Shown: in pieces, positions 1 through 10,980 of the stretch
Position numbering within the stretch: the stretch's first letter is position 1
Layout: each line of letters starts with the position of its first letter
NCBI GenBank assembly: GCA_963789735.1
Contig: CAWBLV010000001.1
Span: 213,822-277,821 of the forward strand
Length of the DNA stretch: 64,000 nt
DNA from: Candidatus Dormiibacterota bacterium
GTDB lineage: Bacteria > Chloroflexota > Dormibacteria > Aeolococcales > Aeolococcaceae
Direction of reading: 5' to 3'
Made by a program: the position numbers and the translations under genes
The notes under the pieces: generated by a model
What the model saw: the letters and a program-made list of their open reading frames with translations, nothing else
The model's database searches: none
What the model was told of the DNA's origin: nothing

Positions 1-33
1 GCGGGACGCAGGGCGAGTCCACGTCGACTTGCT

Positions 34-1488
34 GTGCGAGCCCCGAGCACTAGGCCGTCAGCCACAGGGAGCAGCGTGCATCTCATCGCTATCGGAGGCA
101 GTGACGCCGGCATCAGCGCCGCGCTCCGGGCTCGCGAACTCGATCCCACGGCCGAGGTCACGGTTGTCGTCGCCGATGCGTACCCCAACTTCTCCATCTG
201 CGGGATTCCGTATTACGTTTCAGGGGAGGTCACCGACTGGCACAACCTCGCCCATCGCACCATCGCGGACCTTGAGGCGACGGGGATGCGGCTCCGTCTC
301 GAGACCGTCGCTCGGCGAATCGACGTCGCTGACAAGCAGCTCATCGTGACCGGTACCGATGGGAGGGATGAGGCCCTCGCCTACGACGAGCTCATCATCG
401 GCACTGGTGCCGTACCGGTTCGGCCGTCGATTGCCGGACTCGCCGGCCCGGATGCGCTCGGCGCCGCCGACGGCGTGCACCTTCTCCACACGATGGGCGA
501 CACCTTCGAGGTGATGCAGACGATCGAGAAGGAAGCCCCGAAAAGCGCACTGATCGTCGGTGCGGGCTATATCGGGCTCGAGATGGCCGACGCCCTCATC
601 ACACGCGGGCTCGCGGTGACGCAGATGGAGCAGCTCGCTGAGGTGCTTCCCACTGTCGATCCGGAGCTCGGTGCCATGGTCCGCTCTCAACTGGTCAAGC
701 ACGGCGTCAACGTGATGACCGCGACGGTCGTCACGTCGATCGCACGGTCGCGCGTCGGGGATAAGGGCCGCATTCGAGTCGACGCGACCGACGGGGAACG
801 TCGCGAACTCACCCGCGCGGTCGACATGGTGCTCGTTGTCGTTGGAGTGAGGCCGGATGCCACGCTTGCGGCGGAAGCAGGGGCCACGCTTGGATACCGC
901 GGTGCAATCGCAGTCGACCGGCACATGCGCACCAACCTCCCGCACGTTTTTGCCGCCGGAGACTGCGTCATAACGCACCATCGGCTACTCGGAGACACCT
1001 ACCTCCCACTGGGAACAACCGCGCACAAGCAGGGTCGTGTCGCTGGGGAGAACGCTCTTGGCGGCAACCGCACATTCGCAGGGAGCCTCGGGACTCAGGT
1101 GGTCAAGATCTTCGACCACGCCATTGCGCGGACAGGATTACGGGACCGCGAGGCCACCCCTGCGGGGTACGACGCGCTCACGGTGGGATTCGAGGCTGAC
1201 GATCACAAAGCGTATTACCCGGGAAGCCACCGCATCGCGATGCGCGTCACCGGCGATCGAACGACCGGACGGCTCCTTGGTTTTCAGCTCTTCGGCCACC
1301 GGGATGCCGAGATCGCCAAACGCGTGGACATCGCCGCGGCAGCGCTGTTTCACGACATGACCGTCGACGACGTGAGTGACCTCGATCTGTCGTACACACC
1401 ACCACTCGGGAGCCCGTGGGACGCCGTTCAGGCGGGGACGCAGGCGTGGACGCAGGCTGCGAATATCCGCCGCCTCCAGGTCACCTGA
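34..1488 (+). CDS. FAD-dependent pyridine nucleotide-disulfide oxidoreductase (CoA-disulfide reductase / NADH oxidase-like)
   Basis: 484-aa ORF; dinucleotide folds HLIAIGGSDAG and LIVGAGYIGLEMA; single redox Cys in NFSICGIPYY typical of the CoADR/Nox family; possible true start GTG at 76 behind AGGGAG. Confidence 0.85.
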   Translation: MRAPSTRPSATGSSVHLIAIGGSDAGISAALRARELDPTAEVTVVVADAYPNFSICGIPYYVSGEVTDWHNLAHRTIADLEATGMRLRLETVARRIDVADKQLIVTGTDGRDEALAYDELIIGTGAVPVRPSIAGLAGPDALGAADGVHLLHTMGDTFEVMQTIEKEAPKSALIVGAGYIGLEMADALITRGLAVTQMEQLAEVLPTVDPELGAMVRSQLVKHGVNVMTATVVTSIARSRVGDKGRIRVDATDGERRELTRAVDMVLVVVGVRPDATLAAEAGATLGYRGAIAVDRHMRTNLPHVFAAGDCVITHHRLLGDTYLPLGTTAHKQGRVAGENALGGNRTFAGSLGTQVVKIFDHAIARTGLRDREATPAGYDALTVGFEADDHKAYYPGSHRIAMRVTGDRTTGRLLGFQLFGHRDAEIAKRVDIAAAALFHDMTVDDVSDLDLSYTPPLGSPWDAVQAGTQAWTQAANIRRLQVT

Positions 1489-1512
1489 CCCCTCCTCTCT
1501 CAATGTACACCG

Positions 1513-1543
1513 CACCCGGGGGCTTGCGGCAAGCCCGGGGGTG
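1513..1543 (+). terminator. GC-rich hairpin after the oxidoreductase stop
   Basis: cacccgggggcttgc / gcaagcccgggggtg, 13 of 15 positions pair; no U-tract. Confidence 0.3.
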
Positions 1544-1590
1544 TGCAGCAGACTCCGCGCGAAACAGAACGCGCGGAAATGGGGTGGTAC

Positions 1591-3048
1591 ATGGCCGGAC
1601 ATGCGGTGGTGATCGCCGGCGGCGGGCCGACCGGAATGATGCTGGCGGCCGAACTGGCACTGGCGAACGTTGACGTTGCGATCGTTGAGCGGCGTCCCGA
1701 CCACGTGCTCGTCGACTCGCGGGCCGGCGGTTTTCACTCGCGCACGATCGAGGTGCTGGATCAACGTGGAGTCGCTGACCGGTTCCTCGCGGAGGGCACG
1801 ATTGCGCAAACTGCACTTCTCGGCACGACCGTTCTGGACATCAGCGACTTCCCGACACGGCACCCATACGGGCTCGGCCTCTGGCAGAAGAAGATCGAAC
1901 GGATCATGGCCGCCTGGATTGGCGAACTGCCGGTCCGGATCTATTACGGCACTGAGGTGACGGGGTTCGCGCAGGATGACACCGGCGTTGACGTCGAGCT
2001 CGCCGACGGCACTGTGATGCGGGCGCAGTACCTGGTCGGGTGCGACGGCGGGAGGAGCGTTATCCGCAAAGCGGCCGGCATCGATTTCCCCGGATGGGAC
2101 GCGACCAGAAGCAACCTCATCGCCGAAGTCGAAGTGACCGAGGAACCGCCGCGTGGTGTTCGCAACGACGCGACCGGCGTCCACGCCCTGGGAAAACTGG
2201 AGGACGGCAAGACGTATCGCGCCGTCGTCACCGAGCAGCAGATCGAGCCGGGCAGCGAACCAACATTGCACGACCTGAGTGCCGCGCTCATCGCCGTTTT
2301 TGGCACCGACTTCGGGGTGCATTCCCCCATCTGGATCTCCCGCTTCACCGACATGACGCGTCAGGCTGCGTTATATCGCGCGCAACGCGTTCTCGTCGCC
2401 GGCGACGCGGCGCACGTGCACTACCCGGCAGGCGGGCAGGGCATCAGTCTCGGTGTCCAGGATGCGGTGAATCTCGGATGGAAGCTGGCCCAGGTGATCG
2501 ACGGGACCTCACCGGAGAGCCTGCTCGACACGTATCAGGCCGAGCGTCACCCAGTGGGTGCACGCGCGCTGCAGCACACGATGGCGCAGACCGCGCTCCA
2601 GCGCCAGGACGATCGCATGAAGGCGCTCGTTGCTGTGGTGTCGGAGCTGGCACGAATGGACGAGCCTCGCAAACACGTCGGCGGGCTGATCCACGGCCTC
2701 GATATTCACTACGACCTCGGCGATGGGCATCCGCTGCTCGGACGCCGCATGCCCGACCTGGATCTCATGACTGACCGTGGTCCGCGCCGTGTCTTCGAGC
2801 TTCTGCATGGCGCCAAACCGCTGTTGCTCAACCTCCGCGACCCAGGCGCACTGGTCATCGCACCATGGTCGGAACGCGTGCAACTGGTCGATGCTCAGCA
2901 CGCGGGCAGTTGGGAGCTCCCCGTTATCGGCGTGGTCAGCGCGCCGGCGGCGGTCCTGGTGCGGCCGGACGGATACGTCGCGTGGGTTGGAGACGGCACG
3001 GACTCCGGCTTGCGCGACGCGCTCACCACCTGGTTCGGAGCTCCGTGA
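1591..3048 (+). CDS. FAD-dependent aromatic-ring monooxygenase (PheA/TfdB / Rox-like class A flavoprotein)
   Basis: ORF 1543-3048; VVIAGGGPTGMMLA Rossmann motif near the N-terminus (ATG 1591); GDAAHVHYPAGGQGISLGVQDAVNLGWKLA FAD/DG motif. Confidence 0.85.
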   Translation: MAGHAVVIAGGGPTGMMLAAELALANVDVAIVERRPDHVLVDSRAGGFHSRTIEVLDQRGVADRFLAEGTIAQTALLGTTVLDISDFPTRHPYGLGLWQKKIERIMAAWIGELPVRIYYGTEVTGFAQDDTGVDVELADGTVMRAQYLVGCDGGRSVIRKAAGIDFPGWDATRSNLIAEVEVTEEPPRGVRNDATGVHALGKLEDGKTYRAVVTEQQIEPGSEPTLHDLSAALIAVFGTDFGVHSPIWISRFTDMTRQAALYRAQRVLVAGDAAHVHYPAGGQGISLGVQDAVNLGWKLAQVIDGTSPESLLDTYQAERHPVGARALQHTMAQTALQRQDDRMKALVAVVSELARMDEPRKHVGGLIHGLDIHYDLGDGHPLLGRRMPDLDLMTDRGPRRVFELLHGAKPLLLNLRDPGALVIAPWSERVQLVDAQHAGSWELPVIGVVSAPAAVLVRPDGYVAWVGDGTDSGLRDALTTWFGAP

Positions 3049-3080
3049 AAACTTCGCCCTAGAGTGGGCGCAGATTCGAG

Positions 3081-4148
3081 CTAGTTGCGCGTGAATGAAT
3101 TGAAGATGTGCGTGAACGCCCAGCGGGACTGATGCAACCCTGAGCAGCTGTCGCTGCCGGCCACACCCGGGCATCCACCGTTGTCGCGTTCCAGCGCCCA
3201 GTAGGACAGCTCCGCGAGGCCCTGTTTGCTCGCCCATGCACGCACCGCACGTGCCTCCGGGAGCGTGAGAATTTCGGGAGGACCGTAGTCGTCGACGCCG
3301 ATCATCTCGGTGACGCCGATCATGTTCCAGATAGCTTGTGGCGCCTTCTGCGGATACAGCCTCTGCAACGTGTCGAAAAGGTGACCGGCAGCAGTGACCG
3401 TGTCATCCGCCATCTCGTGCGGCAGGCCGTCGTAGTAGTCGAAGGTCATGATGTTGACGATGTCGACCACCGCGTGATGCAGCACCGCATTACGTAGCAC
3501 GCTGGCACCGGTGGGATCGATGCCGTCGACGTTCGTCGGAATCGTGTACACGAACTGCACGAGACGATGCACGCTCGCGGCCCAGGCCTCCACCATTGCG
3601 ATCGCGCGGTTGCGACGGTCGATTCCAGGCTTGTCCGTCAGCGATCTGTCCTCGACGTCGAGGTCGAGACGCGTGACGTTGTAAGTCGTGATCACCTTCT
3701 CGTACGCGGCTGCGATGTCGGGAACGCTCGTGCAGCTGTCGGCGATTTCCGTGCCGCCGTGATCCGCGCTGTACCCGCCGAATGACGGAATGACATCACC
3801 GCCAGCAGCGCGGATCCTGGTGATCGCAGCGCCGTACGTCGACCAGGCCACCGGTGTCGACGGATCGCCGTTCCAGGTGATCATGCACGAGCCCCGTGAC
3901 GGCGTCTGCAGGAAGGCGAGCGTCAGATATGCCGCACCCGACTGGTGCGACAGCTGCCACGGATTGTCGGGTGTGTACGCCTCGAAATACGGCGCGAAAA
4001 TGTGCGCAGGAAGCCGGGAGCCGGCATCGACACCGGAGGCAGCAGCGGTTGTCGGAGCAGCGATACCCGTGGCGGCGATGATCGAAGCACCGGCGAGGAC
4101 GAGCCACCGACGCGAGTGGTTCACGGCATGCCTCCTCTCTGGGTCCAA
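3081..4148 (-). CDS. secreted GH18 chitinase-like glycoside hydrolase
   Basis: 355-aa ORF; signal/Tat-like N-terminus SRRWLVLAGASIIAATG; LDLDVED matches the GH18 DxDxE catalytic box; MTFDYYDG box. Confidence 0.75.
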   Translation of the reverse strand: MDPERRHAVNHSRRWLVLAGASIIAATGIAAPTTAAASGVDAGSRLPAHIFAPYFEAYTPDNPWQLSHQSGAAYLTLAFLQTPSRGSCMITWNGDPSTPVAWSTYGAAITRIRAAGGDVIPSFGGYSADHGGTEIADSCTSVPDIAAAYEKVITTYNVTRLDLDVEDRSLTDKPGIDRRNRAIAMVEAWAASVHRLVQFVYTIPTNVDGIDPTGASVLRNAVLHHAVVDIVNIMTFDYYDGLPHEMADDTVTAAGHLFDTLQRLYPQKAPQAIWNMIGVTEMIGVDDYGPPEILTLPEARAVRAWASKQGLAELSYWALERDNGGCPGVAGSDSCSGLHQSRWAFTHIFNSFTRN

Positions 4149-4256
4149 TTAGTAAACCTTACTGTCTGATGCGGGAGACTACGCTTTGGCGGGTACGGTC
4201 GTCAAGCGTTTCCGGGGTCGGCAGGGCGCGTTCTTTCGACCCGCTGGTAGGGTGAA

Positions 4257-5000
4257 GTGGTGCCGTCCCGCCAGTCCGACGCGCTCGCCATCGACGGGCT
4301 CGTCAACCTCCGCGATCTCGGAGGCCTCCACACCGCCTCCGGGGCGACAACGCTGCCCGGTCGCCTGCTCCGCAGTGAATCGCCGCACAGCCTCAGCGAG
4401 TCGGGCTTGCGGGCGCTGCTCGACGCCGGGGTCGGCGCGGTGGTCGATCTTCGCACTACCGAGGAACGCGAGCGCCGTCCGAGCCCACTCGCCGAGGCGG
4501 GCGTGCACACCACGCATGCGCCGATCTTCACGGACGAGGACGAGTATCCGGACCACCTGACGACGGCCGACGAGGTGTACTGCTGGTGGCTCCGCGTGCG
4601 ACGAAAGGGGGTCTACGCAGCCATGAGCGCTGTGGCCGATGCGCCGTCGGCGCCAGTGCTCGTGCACTGTCACGCCGGCAAGGATCGGACCGGTGTCGTC
4701 ATCGCGCTCGTGTTGCGCCTCGCAGGTGTGGGCATCGACGACATTGCCGACGACTACGCGGAGAGCGGAGTGCAGCTTGCTGAGATGCTGGCCCGCGACC
4801 GCATCACCGCCGTCGAGCGCGGCACGAGCGCGGCGGTTGTCGAGCGGCTCTACACGGTGCGCCGTGAGGTGATGGTGCTGACCATGAAGTGTGTTGATGA
4901 AGAACACGGCGGTGCCGAGAGCTTGATGCGCAGCCTCGGCCTCACTGCTGCTCAGATCGAGCGGCTGACCAAGCTCCTGCTCAGCCCCGTCTGGCCGTAG
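4257..5000 (+). CDS. protein-tyrosine phosphatase (Y_phosphatase3-like)
   Basis: 247-aa ORF with CX5R P-loop VHCHAGKDRTG. Confidence 0.8.
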   Translation: MVPSRQSDALAIDGLVNLRDLGGLHTASGATTLPGRLLRSESPHSLSESGLRALLDAGVGAVVDLRTTEERERRPSPLAEAGVHTTHAPIFTDEDEYPDHLTTADEVYCWWLRVRRKGVYAAMSAVADAPSAPVLVHCHAGKDRTGVVIALVLRLAGVGIDDIADDYAESGVQLAEMLARDRITAVERGTSAAVVERLYTVRREVMVLTMKCVDEEHGGAESLMRSLGLTAAQIERLTKLLLSPVWP

Positions 5001-5010
5001 CCCGCGTTCC

Positions 5011-5430
5011 TCAGCCCGCCGCCGTTGCAGTGAACCCGGGACACGTGCGCCCGACGAAGGCGAGTGGTTGCCAGTACGAACCGAGATCGACAATCGTTCC
5101 AACTCCCGACTGCACCGAGACGATGCCCTTCTGGATCTGGTCGCCACTGCAACCCTCGGCAGCGATGGAATAGCTTCCGGGAGGTAACTGGATGTCGACC
5201 GTCGTTGCTCCTGCTGACCAATCTGCATGGACGACTGCCGTCCCGTCCGGGTGCGTCACGAACAACCGGCACCCCTGCGCTGCCGCCGGGCACGACGGCA
5301 CGGACACCTCGACGCCGGTCCAACTCGCCGATCCCTGACCCAGGAAGGAGACGATCACGAGTCCGCCGAGAACCGTGATCACACCGCAGAGCAGGACGGC
5401 AGCGCGGCGATGCGTCCGGATCCATTCCAC
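5011..5430 (-). CDS. hypothetical membrane-anchored protein
   Basis: 139-aa ORF; N-terminal TM helix AAVLLCGVITVLGGLVIVSF followed by a Cys-containing beta-rich domain; high GC3. Confidence 0.5.
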   Translation of the reverse strand: MEWIRTHRRAAVLLCGVITVLGGLVIVSFLGQGSASWTGVEVSVPSCPAAAQGCRLFVTHPDGTAVVHADWSAGATTVDIQLPPGSYSIAAEGCSGDQIQKGIVSVQSGVGTIVDLGSYWQPLAFVGRTCPGFTATAAG

Positions 5431-5466
5431 GGTCCTATTGTCGGCCGGAGCGATGCGGGAATCGCT

Positions 5467-6009
5467 CTAGCAAGCCGGCTCCTGGCGCCTGCTGTTGGCC
5501 ATCAAGAGATCCGCGCGGTTCATCTCGAAGCGAACAAGCCACCCGACTGACGTTGTCTCCTCTCGAAGACGTCGCATTCCCACCTTCTCGAGCACCCGAA
5601 GGGAGGCCACGTTTTCCGCAAGTGCACATGCCACGATCCGAGTCAGACCGGCGTCGAAGCCGTGCCGCACAACGGCTGTGGCTGCTTCCGTTGCGAGGCC
5701 CTGACCCCACGCATGCCGCACAAGCGCGTACGCAATTTCGGTCTCGCTACTCCCCTCCTCCGGACGTAGCCCGCACCTGCCCAGGAAGACGCCCGTATCG
5801 CGCTCCTCCAGGCGATAGGTCACCCAACCGTCAGCGTACGGACGAGTCAGCGTGCGTCGCAACCACTCCTCACTGATGGCGCGTGTCCGCGGGGTGGCGA
5901 CGCCGGAGCTCCCGAGCATCACGAGTGGATCCATGTGGAGCGCGACAAGATCGTCGAGGTCACCTTCGATGAGCGGGCGCAGGCGGAGACGCGAAGTGAG
6001 GATGTCCAT
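5467..6009 (-). CDS. GNAT family N-acetyltransferase (RimJ/RimL-like)
   Basis: 180-aa ORF; LTSRLRLRPL N-terminus and HAWGQGLATEAA acetyl-CoA motif. Confidence 0.8.
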   Translation of the reverse strand: MDILTSRLRLRPLIEGDLDDLVALHMDPLVMLGSSGVATPRTRAISEEWLRRTLTRPYADGWVTYRLEERDTGVFLGRCGLRPEEGSSETEIAYALVRHAWGQGLATEAATAVVRHGFDAGLTRIVACALAENVASLRVLEKVGMRRLREETTSVGWLVRFEMNRADLLMANSRRQEPAC

Positions 6010-6177
6010 GCCGCCGTCAACCGATGGTACGAGGACGAGGACTCCGGCCTTCAGTCAGTCAGTCAGCCGGCACGGCGTAGAGCCCGCTGACAAGGTGTCA
6101 AGATCGCCGGCGAGACCGACTTCGACGACGAACTCGCGCGCCTCGGAAGCTGCTCACATCAGCACTGGAGAGAACCG

Positions 6178-6600
6178 ATGACCGACGCCACGCAACACTT
6201 CAAGACCGAAGCGGCGGGCACGCCGACTGCGCCGGGGCGCTATGTCGACGTCAACGCCATCACCTCCCTCGAGCTCGTCCCTGGCCTCCTTTTCCGGCCG
6301 GTGCTCGGCGAGCGCACCATGCTCAACTTCGTGTCCTTCGCGCCGCACACGGAGGCGCCGACGCACGTGCACGAGGAGGAGCAGATCGTTCTCGTGCTGG
6401 AGGGTGAGTTCGAGTTCGACATCGATGGCGACGTTCGCACCATGCATCCCGGCGACGTCGCAGTGGTGCCCAGCTGGGTACGCCACGGAGCGCGTACCCG
6501 CGACAAGTCGTGCCGCGAGGTTGACGTGTTCAATCCGCCCCGGCGCTCGCTCCTCGAGCACGCACGCGGTCAGGCGTCGCCCCCACGCGAGGGCATGTAG
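6178..6600 (+). CDS. cupin domain protein
   Basis: 140-aa ORF; metal-binding THVHEEEQ and GDVAVVPSWVRHG cupin motifs; GGAGAG RBS before ATG. Confidence 0.75.
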   Translation: MTDATQHFKTEAAGTPTAPGRYVDVNAITSLELVPGLLFRPVLGERTMLNFVSFAPHTEAPTHVHEEEQIVLVLEGEFEFDIDGDVRTMHPGDVAVVPSWVRHGARTRDKSCREVDVFNPPRRSLLEHARGQASPPREGM

Positions 6601-6785
6601 CTGGGGCTGAGCCTGTGTCGCGACGGAAACGAGGCAAGGACAAGGCCCTGCACTTCATCAACCAAGTCCTCGTTTCGTGCGCCGAGGCATGACTTCGCGC
6701 CTCTGGCGAAGGCGGCGGCCCGCGTGCTAGCGTCTGCGCCCTCAGCACGGCTGAGTGACGACGACTAGACAGGGGGAGCGACGGC

Positions 6786-9700
6786 ATGTCCAGAAATATC
6801 GGCGCGCACAGCGCGAGCACGAGCAGATTCAACTCCCGTTCGCCCGGACGTCGTCGGACCCTCATCGCCGGGGTCGCAGCACTGCCCCTCGTTTTCCTCA
6901 GTCAGTCCGGCGTGGTCGCGGCCGCACCGGCCAAGGCAAATGCAGTCGCTGAGCAGCCGATGACGGCCGCTCTTGCAGCACAGCTTTCCCTGAACGCGAA
7001 CCAGCACGTGATCGTTCTCTTCAAGAGTTCAGCTGGCCGCCGCGCCGGTCGGCAGTGCGGCCGCCAGCGCACGGGTCAGCGCGACCGAGGCGGTGCAGGC
7101 CCCGCTCCTGAGCGAGCTCCGCCAGGTGCACGCCACCCACGTGAAGAGTTATCAGTTGGTCAACTCGCTGGCCGCCACGGTGTCTGCCGGGGAGGAGGCA
7201 CGTCTCAAGGCGAACTCGAGCGTGGCCGAGGTAATCCCGGACGTCACGATCCAGGGCGCGCAGCCAGAACAGGCCGACCCGCCTACCACGACCGCCCCGA
7301 AGGCCGGCACGAAGGAGTCCCCCGGGCTGACGTCAAACGTGTTGCCCGGGGCTTGCTCAGCGACGACACCACAGCTCGCACCTGAGGGGCTGAGCCTCAC
7401 CAACACGGACAGCGACAATGTCGGACAGCCCACGGCACGATCGCTGGGCATCACCGGTGCCGGCGTCAAGGTGGCCTGGATCGCGGACGGTATCGACCCG
7501 AACAACATCAACTTCATCCGCCCGGACGCCACGTCTGCATTCGTCGACTACCAGGACTTCACCGGCGATGGACCAGGGCAGCCCACCAGCGGCGACGAGG
7601 CGTTCCTCGACGCCAACACGATCGCCGGGCAAGGCCTGCACACCTACGACGTCAGCGGGTTCTCGGCGCAGCCGGATCCGACGGCGTGCAACATCCGTAT
7701 CGAGGGTGTCGCCCCGGGCGCGAGCCTGGTCGGGCTCGACGTCTTCGGCAGCTTCGAGGACACGACCGAGTCCAACTTCCTGCAGGCGATCAACTACGCG
7801 GTCGAGACCGACCACGTCAACGTCCTGAACGAGTCCTTCGGGAGCAACGGGTTCCCCGATGTCACCTCGCTGGACGCGACGAAGCAGTTCGATGACGCAG
7901 CGGTCGCCGCGGGTGTCACGGTCGTTGTGTCCTCGGGCGACGCAGGTTCAACCAACACGATCGGCTCACCGGCCACCGATCCGAACGTCATCGACGTCGG
8001 CGCCTCGACGCAATTCCAGTTCTATGCGCAGACCAACTATGCGGCCGCGGACTATTTCGCGACGAACGGCTGGCTCAACAACAACATTAGCTCGCTGAGC
8101 TCGGGCGGTTACAGCGAGACCGGACGCACCGTCGATCTCGTCGCGCCGGGCGATTTGAGCTTTGCCTCGTGCGACGCCAGCCCGGTGTTCTCCGGCTGCG
8201 TGAATCTCAAGGGCGCGTCTTCGCCCGTTGAGGAGAGCGGCGGGACCAGCGAGTCGTCGCCGTTCGTTGCCGGCGCTGCAGCGTTGGTCATCCAGGCCTA
8301 CCGCAACACGCACGGGGGCGCCACCCCGACCCCGGCGCTCGTCAAGGAGATCCTTGACAGCACGGCAACCAACCTGGGCGCGCCCGCAACCGAACAGGGC
8401 TCGGGCCTGCTCAACAGCTATAAGGCGGTCCAAGCAGCGGAATCGGTGAGCACCTCCGATGGTTCGCCGACGCCGACGGGCGAGACGTTGCTGACGTCCC
8501 CGACCCAGCTCAACGCGGTTGCGGCGCCTGGCACCAAGGAGACCTTCCCCGTCACGATCACGAACACGGGGCAGTTCACGCAGACGGTGCATCTGAAGAG
8601 CCGCGCGCTCGGCAAGGATGAGAACATCCAGACGGGCAGCGTCACGCTCAATGACGCAACAAGTCCGCAGTTCGTCAATTACCAGGGGATCACCAACAAC
8701 TACGGCACGTTCACCTTCACGGTGCCCAAGGATCAGGACCGGCTCGATGCGTCGATCGCCTACCCGGGGAACCCCGCCAAGGGGAACAACGCGCGCGTGC
8801 GGTTGATTCTCATCGATCCCAATGGCAATTTCGCCGCACATTCGCTGCCCCAGGGGGTCGGTAACTTCGGAAACGTCGATGTCATCGCGCCAACTCCGGG
8901 CGCGTGGACGGGCGTGATCTTCGGCGACGTCGCCGCAGACGGCGGAACCAACGGTTCGGTTCCGTGGCAGGTGGCGACAGAGAACTACATCGGTTTCGGC
9001 ACCATCAGCCCGTCGATGGTCGTGATTCCCAAGGGCGCGACCAAGACGGTGAAGGTGACCGAGAAGACGCCGGGATCCGCAGGCCAATCGTCTGGATCCA
9101 TCATGCTGACATCCGATTACGGGCTGGGCGGCACAACTTCGATTCCCGTGACCCTGCGCAGCCTCGTCAGCTTCTCCAAGGCTGGGATCGGGACGTTCAA
9201 GGGCGTCCTGACCGGCGGCAACGGCCGCGCTCCTGGCGAGGGTCAGGTCGACTACTACTCGTTCAACGTCACCGCCGGCACCAACAACATCACCGCCAAC
9301 GCCACCTTGGCCAATGACGCCCCCGACCCCGTCGGCGCTTACCTGGTCAGCCCAGACGGCAACGCGATCGGCTACGGACAGAACAGCATCAACGGCAACC
9401 CAGGGCTCTCGCTCACTGCCTACGTGGCACATCCGGTCGCGGGAACCTGGACGCTCATCGTCGACTTTGCCGAACCCATACAAGGGAACGAGGTTTCGGA
9501 AGCGTTCACCGGCAACATCGAACTCAACGCCGTGAACGTCAGCGCGACGGGACTTCCGGACAGCCTGAGTACGACCCTTCCCTCGGGTGTACCTGTGACC
9601 GTCCCTGTGATGATCACCAACAACGGCGCGCAGGCTGAGGACTTCTTCGTCGATCCGCGGCTCAACACCACCACAACGCTTGCCCTGGCTCCGTTCAGTC

Positions 9701-10257
9701 AAGCCTCGGGGCTCGCCCTCCCGCTGACCGTCGGCTCCCCGCAATGGTTCATGCCGACCGAAGCATCGGCCGTCTCGGTGTCCGCGACCGCGTCCCTGCC
9801 GATCGAGTTCGACTTCGGTCCGAATCAAGGAGATCCGGACCTTGTGAGTTCGGTCGGAACATCGCCATCCGGCTCGTATACGCCGTCGGACGGTGTGCTG
9901 GGCAACGGCTTCTGGTTTGCCACGCCGAGCGAGATCGGCCCCTATCCCTCCGGGGCTCCGGCCGGGACGGTAAGCATGGCGATGAGCGCGACGGCGCGGG
10001 CGTTCGACACCTCAGTGACCTCGACCACCGGAGACCTCGAACCCGCGGCCATCAACCCGGCGACGACGTTCTCGCCGATCGTCCTCAATCCGGGGCAGTC
10101 CACGACGATCAACGTGACCATCACGCCGTCCGGAGCCTCGGGCACGCAGGTCGAAGGCGACCTCTTCATCGACGACTTCATCACCAACGTACCTCCGTAC
10201 GGCCAGCAAGGGGCTGACGAGCTGACCAGTCTGCCCTACGCGTACACGATCGGGTAA
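6786..10257 (+). pseudogene. large secreted clan SB (S8/S53) serine peptidase with I9-like propeptide; apparent +1-nt frameshift near 7029
   Basis: Tat/Sec signal (SPGRRRTLIAGVAALPL) and the start of the propeptide are in frame 0 (6786-7030). The rest is in frame +1 (ORF 7093-10257, open from 7012). Junction is aag agt [t] cag ctg. [12 protein letters not shown] Ser box. Confidence 0.8.
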
Positions 10258-10288
10258 GGCGCCCACTTCAATCGGACGAGTGACATAG

Positions 10289-10319
10289 GGAGGCCTGGAC
10301 CGCAGTGGTCCGGGCCTCC
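10289..10319 (+). terminator. hairpin after the peptidase gene
   Basis: ggaggcctggacc / ggtccgggcctcc, 13-bp stem with one G-U pair, 5-nt loop, about 30 nt after the stop at 10255-10257. Confidence 0.45.
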
Positions 10320-10469
10320 TGGCTCTCGATCCCACACGCGGACCGGAGGATGGTCCAGAACATCTCGCCGCGAATCTCAACGGCATTCACTTCGCTTGCA
10401 GGCGCTGCAATACTCGCTTTCGGCGAATGAAATCCATCTGAGATCAAAGGGTGACGGTCTGTAACTAGC

Positions 10470-10904
10470 CTACCCCGCGCAGGCCGCGATGGTGAACGTG
10501 CCATGCACGCTCTGCTGATTGTCAGCCTGGAACTGGTAGTGCCACGTGCCGACTTCGGTCAGCGGACCATAGGTGCCACTAGGGTTCACGTTGACGTACA
10601 CGATGGTGGACACACCAGACGGCGACGTGATCGTCAGCTGGTAGTAGACGTTGCCGGCGCCACTCCATGCGATTGCGCCACCGCCAGCGCTACCAACGGG
10701 ATCGCACGCGGTCACACTGATTGTAGGCGTGATCGGTGCGGGCGTCGAGATTGATGTCGCGGTGGGAGTTGCGCTGGGCGTCGGTGCTACTGTCGCACCG
10801 ACAGTCAGCGCGGGAGTTGGGGAAACAGTCGGCGCGAGCGTCGAGCCACACGCCGCGAGGGCAAGGGCGGCGATCGCAGAGCCGATGACGATGGTGACTT
10901 TCAT
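10470..10904 (-). CDS. lipoprotein with Pro/Thr linker, unknown function
   Basis: 144-aa ORF; lipobox LALAACG; PT-rich linker; C-terminal Cys-bracketed beta domain. Confidence 0.65.
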   Translation of the reverse strand: MKVTIVIGSAIAALALAACGSTLAPTVSPTPALTVGATVAPTPSATPTATSISTPAPITPTISVTACDPVGSAGGGAIAWSGAGNVYYQLTITSPSGVSTIVYVNVNPSGTYGPLTEVGTWHYQFQADNQQSVHGTFTIAACAG

Positions 10905-10980
10905 TTCTGCCTCTGTCCACTCAACGCGAACACGTCATAACGGTTACGAGACAGCAATGCGCACCCCTATGTTGTAAGGA

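Noticed and set aside
6051-6066. (TCAG)x4 microsatellite in the GNAT/cupin intergenic region, considered as a phase-variation tract.
   Set aside because: It has only four units, is not inside a coding region, and is not positioned between recognisable -35/-10 elements.
7966-9828. 620-aa minus-strand ORF inside the peptidase gene. Similar long shadow ORFs occur at 36749-38455 (-) inside lon, 17952-19214 (-), 17786-19309 (+), 30495-31940 (+), 33108-34094 (+), 48507-49391 (-), 1138-2322 (-) and 4179-5228 (-).
   Set aside because: They have Arg/Gly/Pro/His-rich low-complexity translations and no motifs. Each overlaps, antisense or out of frame, a gene with clear family signatures. These are typical high-GC shadow ORFs.
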